From Bacteroidota bacterium (lineage in GTDB: Bacteria > Bacteroidota > Ignavibacteria > UBA10030 > UBA6906), in assembly GCA_046160825.1 (NCBI GenBank), contig JBJXHC010000051.1, positions 4,487 through 68,486 of the forward strand: a DNA stretch of 64,000 nucleotides. Reading direction: 5' to 3'. Positions within the stretch are counted from its first letter, which is position 1; every line of letters starts with the position of its first letter. Position numbers and translations under genes: made by a program. Positions 7,911 to 17,603 of this stretch are shown piece by piece. The notes beneath the pieces were generated by a model that saw only the letters and a list, made by a program, of their open reading frames with translations, was not told the origin of the DNA and did no database searches.

Positions 7911-10112
7911 ATGGCCTCCCCTCAACTGACGGCTCGACAACAACGCTGGTTCTCCAAGGTCGGACTGGCGCTCGCGGTGGCGTTACTCGTTATCGTCATC
8001 ACGCAGGAAGACATCCTCAAGCTCGGGATTATTCAACGGCTTGAGCTTGCTTCCATCGACTACCGTTTCGAATCCCGTGGCACAAATATGCGGATGAAAG
8101 ACTCGGCCAACGTGGTAATCGTGGAGATTTCCGAGGAGTCTTTCAAGTCGATGCCTGAACGCTGGCCCTGGCCCCGCTCGTATTATGCGCGACTCGTGCG
8201 CAACCTGAAAGCCGCCGGCGCCCGTGTGGTGGGCATTGATCTTATCTTTAGCGGAAACGATGTCTATTCCGCTGCGAACGATGACTCGTTGAGAAAAGCG
8301 GTCCGCGAAACCGGCCTTGTGGTTCTTGCCGGAAAGACCGATGTGCTCGACGGAAAATATTTTATCACCACCTCGACCGAAAATTACGGCAACATTTTCT
8401 TCGATGTCGATAGCTCTCTTGGTCTCGCCAACATCCGCAATGATGCTGATGGCGTCTACCGGCGATACACACCATTCTGGTCGACCAGCACGGGGCTGCA
8501 TGTACCAACATTTGCCTTTGCCATCCTGAACAAGTACATCGGCTACCCGTCTCTCTCAACGGCGGAAAACTTCTCCGGCAAGTTCCTCTTCGCTGACCGG
8601 TCCATTCCCAAGTATGATCCCACTTCGACGCTCATCAATTTCTACGGGCCCGATCATACATTCCGTCGGGTGAAATTTGCTGATGTGGTTGATGACGAGA
8701 CATTCACCACCAATGAAGAGGCCGAACAAGGGGAAGAGATTAATACGTTTAGTGATCCTGACTACGGATACCTGTATGATGGCACGTTTGCCAACAAGAT
8801 CGTACTCGTCGGCTCGACGGTGCCGGAGGACCATGATTTGTTCCCTGTAGCCTTTGCCCGTGGGAAACAGGCGGGCGACAATCTTATGTACGGCGTCGAG
8901 ATTCATGCCAATGTCATTGAGAGTGTGATTCGTGAAGACTTTGTCGAACGACAATCCGCAGGCGGTGAAATTCTCCTGATCATAGCCCTTACAGTGTTGA
9001 CGTTCCTCGTTACGTCATTGCTAAAAGGCTCGCTAACACGTCATCATTTTCTTGTGGAGCTAAATGGCTTTCTGTTTGCGATGGCCGAGTTGTTCATCAT
9101 CGGATATGTCGCACTCTGGCTTTTTAACACACAAAACTATTTGATGACTGTCATCAGCCCGATGATCGGTGTTGTGGCGGGATACTTCTCAAGCACGGCA
9201 TATCATTTTGTGGTCGAGCGAAAGCAGCGCGTACTGATCAAGACCATGTTCAGTACGTATGTCAACCCCTCCGTTGTTGAGGATCTTATCCGAAATCCGG
9301 CCAAGCTTGCTCTCGGCGGTGAACGGAGAGAGCTGACTGTGTTGTTCAGCGACATCGAAGGGTTCACCACCATATCCGAAGGCATGCCGCCGGAACAGCT
9401 TGTTGGACTTCTGAATGAGTATCTGAGCGAAATGACGGGAATTGTGTTTGCGAACGATGGAACACTCGACAAGTACGAGGGCGACGCGGTCATGGCCTTC
9501 TGGGGAGCGCCAATTGCACAAACAAATCACGCTCTGCGCGCATGCACCAGTGCGCTTCAAATGCAGGATGCCCTCGTTCGAATCCGCGAAGAATGGACCA
9601 AAATGGGAAGACCGGAAATCAATGTGAGGGTGGGAATCAACACCGGAGAGATGGTCGTCGGCAACATGGGCGGAATGGGGAAGTTCGACTATACCGTCAT
9701 TGGTGACAGTGTTAACCTCGCTTCAAGATTGGAGGGAGCGAACAAGCTCTATCGTACCAATATCCTCGTCAGTGAGCGTACGTATCAACTAGTGAACGAT
9801 ATGATCCTCGGCCGGGAATTGGATCTGATCGCCGTCAAGGGACGGTCTGAGCCGTTGAAGATTTTTGAATTGATACAGCCGAGAACGCGGGCGGTGCCGG
9901 AGCCATTCTCTCTTTTCCTGAAACGTTATGCGAAGGCCCTGGATTTATACAGGGAGAGACTTTGGGAACAAGCCCAGGCGGAATTTGAGGCATGTCTTCA
10001 GATGCGACCGGATGACTATGTCAGCAGGCTCTTTGCAGAACGTTCGGCCATCTACAAAAGGAATCCACCTCCCCAGGATTGGGACGGCGTATTCGTCTTG
10101 ACCTCAAAGTGA
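7911..10112 (+). CDS. CHASE2 sensor-domain class III adenylate/guanylate cyclase
   Basis: Periplasmic CHASE2 domain after one N-terminal TM segment, then a cluster of TM helices, then a C-terminal class-III cyclase catalytic domain (FSDIEGFT...GDAVMAFWGAP...GINTGEMVVGNMG). Start placed at the ATG at 7911 immediately after the upstream stop. Confidence 0.85.
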   Translation: MASPQLTARQQRWFSKVGLALAVALLVIVITQEDILKLGIIQRLELASIDYRFESRGTNMRMKDSANVVIVEISEESFKSMPERWPWPRSYYARLVRNLKAAGARVVGIDLIFSGNDVYSAANDDSLRKAVRETGLVVLAGKTDVLDGKYFITTSTENYGNIFFDVDSSLGLANIRNDADGVYRRYTPFWSTSTGLHVPTFAFAILNKYIGYPSLSTAENFSGKFLFADRSIPKYDPTSTLINFYGPDHTFRRVKFADVVDDETFTTNEEAEQGEEINTFSDPDYGYLYDGTFANKIVLVGSTVPEDHDLFPVAFARGKQAGDNLMYGVEIHANVIESVIREDFVERQSAGGEILLIIALTVLTFLVTSLLKGSLTRHHFLVELNGFLFAMAELFIIGYVALWLFNTQNYLMTVISPMIGVVAGYFSSTAYHFVVERKQRVLIKTMFSTYVNPSVVEDLIRNPAKLALGGERRELTVLFSDIEGFTTISEGMPPEQLVGLLNEYLSEMTGIVFANDGTLDKYEGDAVMAFWGAPIAQTNHALRACTSALQMQDALVRIREEWTKMGRPEINVRVGINTGEMVVGNMGGMGKFDYTVIGDSVNLASRLEGANKLYRTNILVSERTYQLVNDMILGRELDLIAVKGRSEPLKIFELIQPRTRAVPEPFSLFLKRYAKALDLYRERLWEQAQAEFEACLQMRPDDYVSRLFAERSAIYKRNPPPQDWDGVFVLTSK

Positions 10113-10568
10113 TGGTCGGCGCAAAGCTGACAATACGCTCTGCTGAACAGAAAATACCACCGCAGAATCAGCACCCTCACCTACTATCAACGCAGTTAAT
10201 TCATACACGCTCCCACCGACTTCGAACCCTACGACGCGAACGACATCCGAAGGCTGGCGATCTGTGTATTCATAAGAGTAGCACTGCATCCCCTGAAGTG
10301 TGAACTCTTCAAGCGGCTTGCGCACAACATGGTCGCTTCCCTGACTTATCAACGCCTGGCTTAATTCTGCAACTGCACGAAGGCCTTTTCTTTTCACCTC
10401 ACGTTGCGTGAGGTCATCCAGAAAAACCTCCTGTAGTCCGAGTGTGGCACCGTAATCATCCCGCACAAGCCAGATCAGGTATTGACCATTCGAGGAATCT
10501 CCTGACGCATCGAACCACCCGGTGGGCACATGATACTGAAACCTGCCGTCGCGGGTGGTGTTGTACAA
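10104..10568 (-). CDS. hypothetical protein, possibly a lipoprotein
   Basis: 154-aa ORF. The in-frame upstream extension encodes a lipoprotein-like signal (LFGFLLTISLAAC-SS) but no canonical start codon. Converges on and overlaps the cyclase 3' end by 9 bp. Confidence 0.5.
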   Translation of the reverse strand: MYNTTRDGRFQYHVPTGWFDASGDSSNGQYLIWLVRDDYGATLGLQEVFLDDLTQREVKRKGLRAVAELSQALISQGSDHVVRKPLEEFTLQGMQCYSYEYTDRQPSDVVRVVGFEVGGSVYELTALIVGEGADSAVVFSVQQSVLSALRRPSL

Positions 10569-10666
10569 TTCCTTAATGGGATTGTCAGACGTATAGGGTG
10601 CGGAGGAACATGCCGCAAGGCTGATTGTAAGTAGGAACCCGAAAAGGGGAACGGCTCCCCATCTGA

Positions 10667-11686
10667 TCAGGGCTCGCTGACGCGGCGAAATTGTTCTGCC
10701 TCCAGCGTAAACATGAGGGAAATGCGGTGGGTGTTGCCAAGCTGATTGATGCCATCGAACTTGGCAAACGAGTAGTCGATATTTAACTTGGGGAGTTGCA
10801 GGCCTGCGCCGAATGTAATTTGCTTGACGTCGCTATACCCAACGCGCAAGGCAACGAGATTCTTCAATTGAAACTCCAGCCCACCATGCAAGTCCATGCT
10901 GATAGGGCCGGCGTTGAATGTTGAGGCATACTGTCTGTTCTCAAAACGGATATCGAAATCAATGGCTGGTGCAAACCTGCCGCCAAAAGCTTCGATAAAA
11001 TACGCCGATCCGATTTTCATTGTCGGAGAGATGAGTTCATTCGTGCCCGTGTCCCACGCAAGGAATGTCGTGGTCACATCCTGAAGATTGGCGCCCAGTA
11101 CCAGGTTCTCAAAAGGCGTGTACCACAATCCGACATCGAACCCGATCCCGGTTGCGGAATTGTCCCCCAGCTCTCGACGGATAATCTTGACATTCGCACC
11201 GTAACTAAAATCATCGGAGTATTTTTTTGAATACGTGAGATAGAACGCCCAGTCTGATGCACTGAAATATGATATTTGGCTCTCGTCAAGTCTTTCGCCG
11301 GGGTCGAAAATCCCGTTTCCATTCAGATCAATGAGGGCGCCGCGAGTGTCTTTGATATCATCAACGCCGAGTCGTATAACACTCAGCCCAAGACTGGCAC
11401 TTGTACCGAACGGCATCGCGGCCGCAGCGTAATCGTAATTCACAAGATTACCAAACTGCTCATCATGCATGAGTGTAAACTGGGGATAATTAATATGTGA
11501 AAGTCCGGCGGGATTCCAGTAACCTGCGGTCACATCATTTGCAAGGGCAACGAACGCACCACCCATGCCAAGCGCTCTGCCACCAACACCAAGCGACATA
11601 AATTCTCCGGCATACTTCCCTACTCCCGTTGCACCATGTGTACACTGTGCAATTAGTAACCCCAGCATCACCCCACGAAGTCTCAT
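10667..11686 (-). CDS. PorV/PorQ-family (UPF0164-like) outer-membrane beta-barrel protein
   Basis: 339 aa; signal peptide then GGRALGMGGAFVALANDVTAGYWNPAGL, the hallmark N-terminal motif of the PorV/PorQ/UPF0164 family; beta-strand patterning to a C-terminal ...FTLEAEQF. Confidence 0.55.
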   Translation of the reverse strand: MRLRGVMLGLLIAQCTHGATGVGKYAGEFMSLGVGGRALGMGGAFVALANDVTAGYWNPAGLSHINYPQFTLMHDEQFGNLVNYDYAAAAMPFGTSASLGLSVIRLGVDDIKDTRGALIDLNGNGIFDPGERLDESQISYFSASDWAFYLTYSKKYSDDFSYGANVKIIRRELGDNSATGIGFDVGLWYTPFENLVLGANLQDVTTTFLAWDTGTNELISPTMKIGSAYFIEAFGGRFAPAIDFDIRFENRQYASTFNAGPISMDLHGGLEFQLKNLVALRVGYSDVKQITFGAGLQLPKLNIDYSFAKFDGINQLGNTHRISLMFTLEAEQFRRVSEP

Positions 11687-11791
11687 ATCCCGCCTCTTAT
11701 TGTTGGCTGTTGCGTTTCAACTCAAGCAAAATCGGAAAACGCCACATGAAAAGCAAGGTGGCAAATTCCGGATGTGGCCTGAGTCAACTGG

Positions 11792-13468
11792 TTATTGCAG
11801 AGGTTCGGCACCCAGTTCCCTTTTCATCGCCGAAACGATAGGATGTTCCTCCTTTGAGACGGTAGGAACGGTAGGTTGGGACGAGGAAGGCACATCAGAA
11901 GCAGCATGTTGGAGGGCTGGATTGATCTCCACCTCCAAGCGCGCATTGGTATTGAAGACTTTTTGGATGATGCCCGAGAGCATCTCTTTATTTCGCCTGA
12001 CGGAGGATGCCTGAAAGTCGTTCGCGCATCCTATTCGAATCGTCCCTCCTTCAGAACCAAGCAACGTTGTTGACTCAAGTACTGAACCGAGAGAAATGCG
12101 TTGACGTCGCACCTCGCTAATGAACTCGTTCCAACGGGACGCGACTTCGCCCTCAGAAAGCGGTGCTGTCGTTATCTGGGGCGAAGCGGGTGATACTTCG
12201 GGCAAAGGGGAAACCCGGCGCACAAAACGTTTCGGCGGACCGGCATTGCCTTCAGGTTCACGGACACCGGAAGAGGGAACGCTCATCCGCTCGGGAGGAG
12301 TGGCAACTACCGAAGCGCCTTCAGGGAGTTTTTTTTTCATCTCTTCCAGTTGTCGCAGGAGTTCTCCAACCTCTACAGCCTTCTGCATTGTGATCATTTG
12401 TACCAGATCAACTTCAAGTCTGAAGCGCGGCTGCGAGCTCCATCGTATGGCCGCTTCCGTTGTCGAGACTTGTCTCTGCATCCGAAGAAGATCGGAAAGC
12501 GTGAACGCTCCGGCTTCTTCCATGTACCGCTTTCGATACACATCGGAGGCCTCAATCAACTCGGAACTCTTCGTCGTCTTTGCAACGAGGATATTTCTCA
12601 AGTGTTCCGTCAGTCCGGAGAGAAACTCCCGGAGATCGTTGCCTTGTATCATCAACCCTTCGACTAACTGAAGTCCGCCATGTGCATCCTTTGTTTTCAC
12701 CAGGTCCGTCACGTTGAAGAACAATTCCACGTCAATGACATTCATTGCCTGTACGAGGGACTTGTATTCAACTTTCTTGCCGCAGAGTGAGACGACCTGA
12801 TCGAACGTGCTCTGTGCATCCCTCAGCGATCCATCCCCCTTGCGTGCGACGAGCATGAGTGATTCTTCGTCAATCTCCACCCCTTCGGTTGCTGCAATTG
12901 CCCGAAGGTTACCCATAATCTTGTCGATGGCGATGCGGCGAAACTCAAACCGCTGGCAGCGCGAGAGAATCGTTGCCGGCAATTTGTGAATTTCCGTGGT
13001 CGCAAAAATAAATAATACGTGGGCAGGTGGTTCCTCAAGTGTTTTCAAAAGAGCATTGAAGGCCTCTTTTGTCAACATGTGCACTTCGTCGATGATATAG
13101 ACTTTGTATTTTCCTTGTGAAGGAGCATACCGCACCGAATCACGGAGGTTCCTGATTTCTTCCACCCCGCGGTTGGATGCACCATCGATTTCCAGGACAT
13201 CAAAACTGCGGCCTTCTGTGATTTCACGGCACAGAAGGCATTCGTTATCCGGGTTGAAGTCAATGGGACTGAGGCAGTTGACCGCCTTGGCAAGTATACG
13301 TGCAGTTGTTGTCTTGCCAACACCGCGCGGACCACTGAAGAGGTATGCATGGGCAAGCCTCTTTGTGGCGATCGCATTCCGCAGTGTCACGGTGATGTGA
13401 TCTTGCGCTGTAACGTCTTCGAATTTCAGTGGCCGCCATTTACGGGCGGTAACGATGTATTCGCTCAT
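11792..13468 (-). CDS. dnaX: DNA polymerase III subunit tau (gamma/tau)
   Basis: 558 aa; Walker A GPRGVGKTT, zinc-module CxxC...C, SRC and sensor motifs; proline-rich linker and C-terminal tau-specific region. Confidence 0.9.
   Translation of the reverse strand: MSEYIVTARKWRPLKFEDVTAQDHITVTLRNAIATKRLAHAYLFSGPRGVGKTTTARILAKAVNCLSPIDFNPDNECLLCREITEGRSFDVLEIDGASNRGVEEIRNLRDSVRYAPSQGKYKVYIIDEVHMLTKEAFNALLKTLEEPPAHVLFIFATTEIHKLPATILSRCQRFEFRRIAIDKIMGNLRAIAATEGVEIDEESLMLVARKGDGSLRDAQSTFDQVVSLCGKKVEYKSLVQAMNVIDVELFFNVTDLVKTKDAHGGLQLVEGLMIQGNDLREFLSGLTEHLRNILVAKTTKSSELIEASDVYRKRYMEEAGAFTLSDLLRMQRQVSTTEAAIRWSSQPRFRLEVDLVQMITMQKAVEVGELLRQLEEMKKKLPEGASVVATPPERMSVPSSGVREPEGNAGPPKRFVRRVSPLPEVSPASPQITTAPLSEGEVASRWNEFISEVRRQRISLGSVLESTTLLGSEGGTIRIGCANDFQASSVRRNKEMLSGIIQKVFNTNARLEVEINPALQHAASDVPSSSQPTVPTVSKEEHPIVSAMKRELGAEPLQ
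12329..12337 (-). other. A9 homopolymer (ATG AAA AAA AAA CTC) at the domain III / linker junction of dnaX, a candidate programmed slippage site producing a truncated gamma subunit
   Basis: T9 on the plus strand at 12329-12337. In both shifted frames a stop follows within 2-7 codons (10 A gives ...KKKTP*; 8 A gives ...KKNSLKALR*). Position (residue ~378 of 558) matches the gamma/tau boundary of characterised dnaX genes. Confidence 0.4.
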
Positions 13469-13489
13469 CTTCCTTGACAGATCATAAAA

Positions 13490-15889
13490 CTATCGTGGTC
13501 GTTTCTTGCGGTGTGAAGATTTGGGAAATACGTGGGCGAGTGCTTCTTCGATGTTGCCCACGGGTGTAATCTTCAGACCCTCCTTCACCCGCGCCGGAAT
13601 GTCGGGCAGGTCCTTGACATTTTCCTGGGGGATGAGCACCTCGCCCATTCCGCTTCGCTGTGCGGCAAGCAGTTTTTCATTCAACCCGCCGATGCCCAAT
13701 ACTTCACCGCGCAGGGTGATTTCGCCCGTCATTGCAACATCGGCACGAGCCGCCTTGCCGCTGATTGCAGAATACATTGCCATGGCCATCGTAATCCCGG
13801 CCGACGGACCGTCTTTAGGAATGGCCCCTTCCGGGAGATGGATATGGATTTCTTTTTTCTTATGGAACGACGGATTCAGACCAAGCTGTGCTGCATTGGA
13901 TCGAAGGTAACTCAGGGCTGCATGCGCCGATTCCTTCATCACATCCCCCAGTTGCCCAGTCAGCGTGAGCTTCTCCTGACCGGACATGACGGTAACATCA
14001 ACGGCGAGAATTTCTCCGCCAACCGCCGTCCATGCGAGTCCGGTGACTGAGCCGACACGGCCGGTCTCTGAGCGGCGTCTGTTTCTGAACTTCGGCACAC
14101 CGAGGTGCTGCTCGATTTTTTCCGGATTGATGACAACGCCCTGTTTGCGCACTTTCTTTCCATTCCGTTGAGAAGAAAGGACAAGTTCCTTGGCGACCTT
14201 TCTGCACACCGACGCAATCTCGCGCTCAAGATTCCGCACTCCCGCCTCACGCGTATACTCGCCGATGATCTTGTCGAGGGCCGCGTCGGTAAATTCCACA
14301 CCGGCTTTGGAGAGGCCGTGTTCGTCAAGTTGTTTGAGAATAATATGGCGACGCGCAATCTCACGTTTATCATGAAGGAGATAGCCCGGGAGTTCGATCA
14401 CTTCCATGCGATCCTGCAAAGGCAACGGTATAGCATATCGTATGTTCGCTGTTGTTATGAACATGACGCGGGAAAGATCATAGTCCACATCCAGGTAGTG
14501 GTCATTGAAAGCCACGTTTTGTTCGGGATCCAGCACTTCCAACAGTGCTGCAGATGGGTCGCCGCGAAAATCCATGCTCATCTTATCGACCTCATCAAGC
14601 AGCATCACCGGGTTCGTGACTCCGGCACGCTTCATGGACTGGAGGATCTTTCCGGGGAGGGCACCGATGTATGTGCGTCGGTGGCCGCGAATCTCTGCCT
14701 CATCGCGTACACCACCGAGGGAAATGCGGACGAACTTGCGCCCGAGTGCGCGGGCGATGGATTTTGCCAGCGACGTTTTACCCACTCCGGGTGGCCCCAC
14801 AAAGCAGAGGATCTGTCCGCGCATTTCCTTGACCAGATTCAGAACTGCAATATGTTCAAGAATACGCTCCTTGGGTTTCTCCAATCCAAAGTGGTCTTCA
14901 TCCAGTATTGCCTTCACATGCGCAACGTCTAGATCATCCTTGGTTTTCTTCTGCCATGGAACGTTCACCATCCAGTCAAGGTAACTGCGGATGACACTCG
15001 ATTCGGGTGAAAGTGGCGGGGTTTTCTTCAGTTTGCTGAATTCCTCCATCGCCTTCTCTTCCACTGGGGCCGGCATTTTTGCCTTCTTGATTTCATCGCG
15101 CAGCTTGTTCAGCTCCGGCGATCCCTCGTCATCGCCAAGCTCATCCTGCAATATGCGAATCTGTTCCTGGATAAAGAACTTGCGTTGTGACCGGGCAATA
15201 TTGTCGTGAACCTTGGTGTCAATTTCCTTTTCAATCTTCAGAATGTCGTTCTCGGAGTTCAATATCCTGATCAGTTCATGCATCTGATCGCGGAGGATGG
15301 GCATCTCAAGAACCTTCTGTTTCACCTCAACACTCTGGAGAATGTTCGATGCGATATAGAAAAGTTTACGCTTGGGGTCCTTGGTATTCTCGAATGCCAC
15401 GAGTACTTCCGTCGGCACATTACGATTCAGATGGACGTACTCCGTGAAAAGACTTGATGTGTGCCGCAGAAGCGCATCAAGTTCGGAGTCCATTGTTGCA
15501 GAAACATCCGTGATCCGCAACTCTGCCTCCAGGAACTTCTTGTTCTCCAGAAACTTGACGACGGAAGCCTGGACAACTCCATCAACCAGGATTTTCATCA
15601 GTCCGTTGGGGAGTTTTAGGATCTGAATAATCTTGGCAATCGTACCATCGCGATAGATGTCATCGATTCCGGGTTCTTCGGTAACAGAAGTTCTTTGGGC
15701 CGAAAGGAAAATGTACTTGTCGTGTTCCAGTGCTTCATTCACGGCACGCAGGGACGATTCACGACCGACGAGGACGGGAAAAATCATGTAGGGAAATACA
15801 ACAACATCACGCAGAGGGAGAACCGGAAGTTGCTGCGGAATTGAGCCGTGCGGGTTAGTCGTGGTCTCTGCGTGATTCTCTGTTTGCAT
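13490..15889 (-). CDS. lon: ATP-dependent Lon protease
   Basis: 799 aa; Lon N-domain ([13 protein letters not shown]), AAA+ Walker [10 protein letters not shown] and catalytic PKDGPSAG serine motif. Confidence 0.95.
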   Translation of the reverse strand: MQTENHAETTTNPHGSIPQQLPVLPLRDVVVFPYMIFPVLVGRESSLRAVNEALEHDKYIFLSAQRTSVTEEPGIDDIYRDGTIAKIIQILKLPNGLMKILVDGVVQASVVKFLENKKFLEAELRITDVSATMDSELDALLRHTSSLFTEYVHLNRNVPTEVLVAFENTKDPKRKLFYIASNILQSVEVKQKVLEMPILRDQMHELIRILNSENDILKIEKEIDTKVHDNIARSQRKFFIQEQIRILQDELGDDEGSPELNKLRDEIKKAKMPAPVEEKAMEEFSKLKKTPPLSPESSVIRSYLDWMVNVPWQKKTKDDLDVAHVKAILDEDHFGLEKPKERILEHIAVLNLVKEMRGQILCFVGPPGVGKTSLAKSIARALGRKFVRISLGGVRDEAEIRGHRRTYIGALPGKILQSMKRAGVTNPVMLLDEVDKMSMDFRGDPSAALLEVLDPEQNVAFNDHYLDVDYDLSRVMFITTANIRYAIPLPLQDRMEVIELPGYLLHDKREIARRHIILKQLDEHGLSKAGVEFTDAALDKIIGEYTREAGVRNLEREIASVCRKVAKELVLSSQRNGKKVRKQGVVINPEKIEQHLGVPKFRNRRRSETGRVGSVTGLAWTAVGGEILAVDVTVMSGQEKLTLTGQLGDVMKESAHAALSYLRSNAAQLGLNPSFHKKKEIHIHLPEGAIPKDGPSAGITMAMAMYSAISGKAARADVAMTGEITLRGEVLGIGGLNEKLLAAQRSGMGEVLIPQENVKDLPDIPARVKEGLKITPVGNIEEALAHVFPKSSHRKKRPR

Positions 15890-15908
15890 GAGGGAGCGGG
15901 CTGTCGGT

Positions 15909-15943
15909 CAAAAGATGGAAAAAGGTGTCACGGGCGACACCTT
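15909..15943 (-). terminator. hairpin aaggtgtc-acgggc-gacacctt followed (on the minus strand) by a TTTTTCCATCTTTT tract
   Basis: Read directly ~100 bp downstream of the anti-sigma gene stop and upstream of lon; could terminate the sigma/anti-sigma operon. Confidence 0.4.
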
Positions 15944-16039
15944 GCGTATCTCAGTTCAAAAAAAATATACCAAGATTATGATGGTTTGTCAAGAAATCTG
16001 TCGGAGGGTCTTGTGTCTTATATGACGAATGATGAGCGC

Positions 16040-16888
16040 TTATTTCGGCTGACTTGGGTTGCCCCCGTCATCGCTTACACACGCGATCAAATCGTTTTCC
16101 GGCATGTGCGCAACGGCAGAGCAGAGCGTCCGGCCGTCGGTCCAGAGCACGATGGAATATCCGTCGTCGAGCGCAGTTGAGTACCGGCCTGTGCGGCGAA
16201 GTTCCTGTTTTGCCTCTTCCGGCAGACTGATCCTCTCTCCCTTTTGAACTTCTTTCCAGCAAGCCTGGTAAAGATACACAACTTCATTGTCGTGTTTGTA
16301 AACAACGTGCGCGAGTTTCAGGCCTTCGTAATCATTCAAGATGCCGCCAATGAGGCTGCAGCGTTTCATCTTCGGTACAAGAACGGGGAATGTTGTCTTC
16401 CCGCTAAAGTACCCGGCCATTTTCTCGAATTCGGTCACCTCCGGCTGAATCCTTCGATCGACGACAGCGCGATAATTTGCAAAGGATTGCTGAATGACAT
16501 TTCCAGAGAGAAGCGACGCCTGCTGGATGGGAGATGATGTGTCTTGTGGGCTTAGCAGTATGACGACGGCAATGCACGCGGCAGCAAACGCAACAGCCGG
16601 TTTGAAGTACACTGATTCCTGAAGCGAGCGCACCCACTCTCGCACACGATAAGCCTGGCCTTGGTTTTGAGCAAGCAGCAAGTTTGCGACACGCGCTCTT
16701 ACCGCTTCAGGAGTTCTCACCATTCCAAGCCTGGATCTGACAATGGACTTGGTGAGGGACTCGCTCTCGTATTCGCCGCGGCATTGTGGACACTTTCCCG
16801 CATGCGCAAGAAAGCCCGATTTCGTTTCCTCCGAAAGCCGGTTATCCACTGCTGCCGTTACATGGTCTTGAAATTCTCTACATTCCAC
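16040..16888 (-). CDS. anti-sigma factor, zf-HC2 type, single TM
   Basis: N-terminal CREFQDH...HAGKCPQCRG zinc-finger (HxxxCxxC) motif, central TM helix (AVAFAAACIAVVILL), periplasmic C-terminal domain; immediately downstream of the ECF sigma gene. Confidence 0.7.
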   Translation of the reverse strand: MECREFQDHVTAAVDNRLSEETKSGFLAHAGKCPQCRGEYESESLTKSIVRSRLGMVRTPEAVRARVANLLLAQNQGQAYRVREWVRSLQESVYFKPAVAFAAACIAVVILLSPQDTSSPIQQASLLSGNVIQQSFANYRAVVDRRIQPEVTEFEKMAGYFSGKTTFPVLVPKMKRCSLIGGILNDYEGLKLAHVVYKHDNEVVYLYQACWKEVQKGERISLPEEAKQELRRTGRYSTALDDGYSIVLWTDGRTLCSAVAHMPENDLIACVSDDGGNPSQPK

Positions 16889-16939
16889 TTTCGCCCAACC
16901 CGGTTGTTAACAATAATGCATCCCTGTTCTTCTCTCGCT

Positions 16940-17566
16940 TTAGGTTTCTGTGACGTAACCGCGGTTCTTCGCGTATTCAAGAAGTTTCGCCCGCAACAAC
17001 TTTCTTCCGCGGTGCAGTCGCGATCTGACTGTACCGAGAGGAATATCCACAAACTCTGCTATCTCCTCGTATGTCAATCTCTCGATGTCGGAAAGGATGA
17101 CCACCGTCCGGAAATCATCGGGAAGACTCGCAACGGCATTGGTGACATCATCGTCGAGAAGATTTCCGAGCAACGACTCCTGTAAGTCGTTAGGGTCCGC
17201 GCCCTCTTCGCGTACGGTGTTATAGAAATCCTTGATTTCATCATAGTCGACTGTTTCCGGATCCTTGGACTCCTTCCGGTAACGATTGATGTAGGAGTTC
17301 TTCATGATTCGAAACAACCATGCCCGTATGTTCGTTCCCTTCTCATACTTGTCCCAGAAGCGATAGGCTTTTAGATAGGTTTCCTGTACCAGGTCTTCGG
17401 CGTCCAATCCGTTGCTGGTCATGCGCAAAGCGAAGTTGTAGAGAATATCCATGTGAGGAAGGGCTTCCCGTTCAAATTCGCTGTGTTTCTCGGTTTTGGT
17501 CGAAGTGGTCATCAAGGGTAAGGTCGTATTGTCTGCTGAAGCGTCCATGGCATGCAAAAGGTACAA
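16940..17566 (-). CDS. ECF (sigma-24/sigma-70 family) RNA polymerase sigma factor
   Basis: Region 2 (ETYLKAYRFW...AWLFRIMKNSYINRYRK) and region 4 HTH (LTYEEIAEFVDIPLGTVRSRLHRGR). The true start may be the internal Met at residue 19. Confidence 0.85.
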   Translation of the reverse strand: MYLLHAMDASADNTTLPLMTTSTKTEKHSEFEREALPHMDILYNFALRMTSNGLDAEDLVQETYLKAYRFWDKYEKGTNIRAWLFRIMKNSYINRYRKESKDPETVDYDEIKDFYNTVREEGADPNDLQESLLGNLLDDDVTNAVASLPDDFRTVVILSDIERLTYEEIAEFVDIPLGTVRSRLHRGRKLLRAKLLEYAKNRGYVTET

Positions 17567-17603
17567 CTATCGACTGCGAATTTCAAGAAGCGATGGAAAT
17601 GGA

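Noticed and set aside
14105-14932. 275-aa plus-strand ORF inside lon
   Set aside because: It is antisense to a highly conserved Lon protease region. Long antisense ORFs like this are expected in GC-rich coding sequence.
15960-15996. TTGACA-17-TATATT promoter-like hexamers on the minus strand between the anti-sigma gene and lon
   Set aside because: It lies upstream of the terminator-like hairpin relative to lon, making its role ambiguous. Without TSS data I did not call it.
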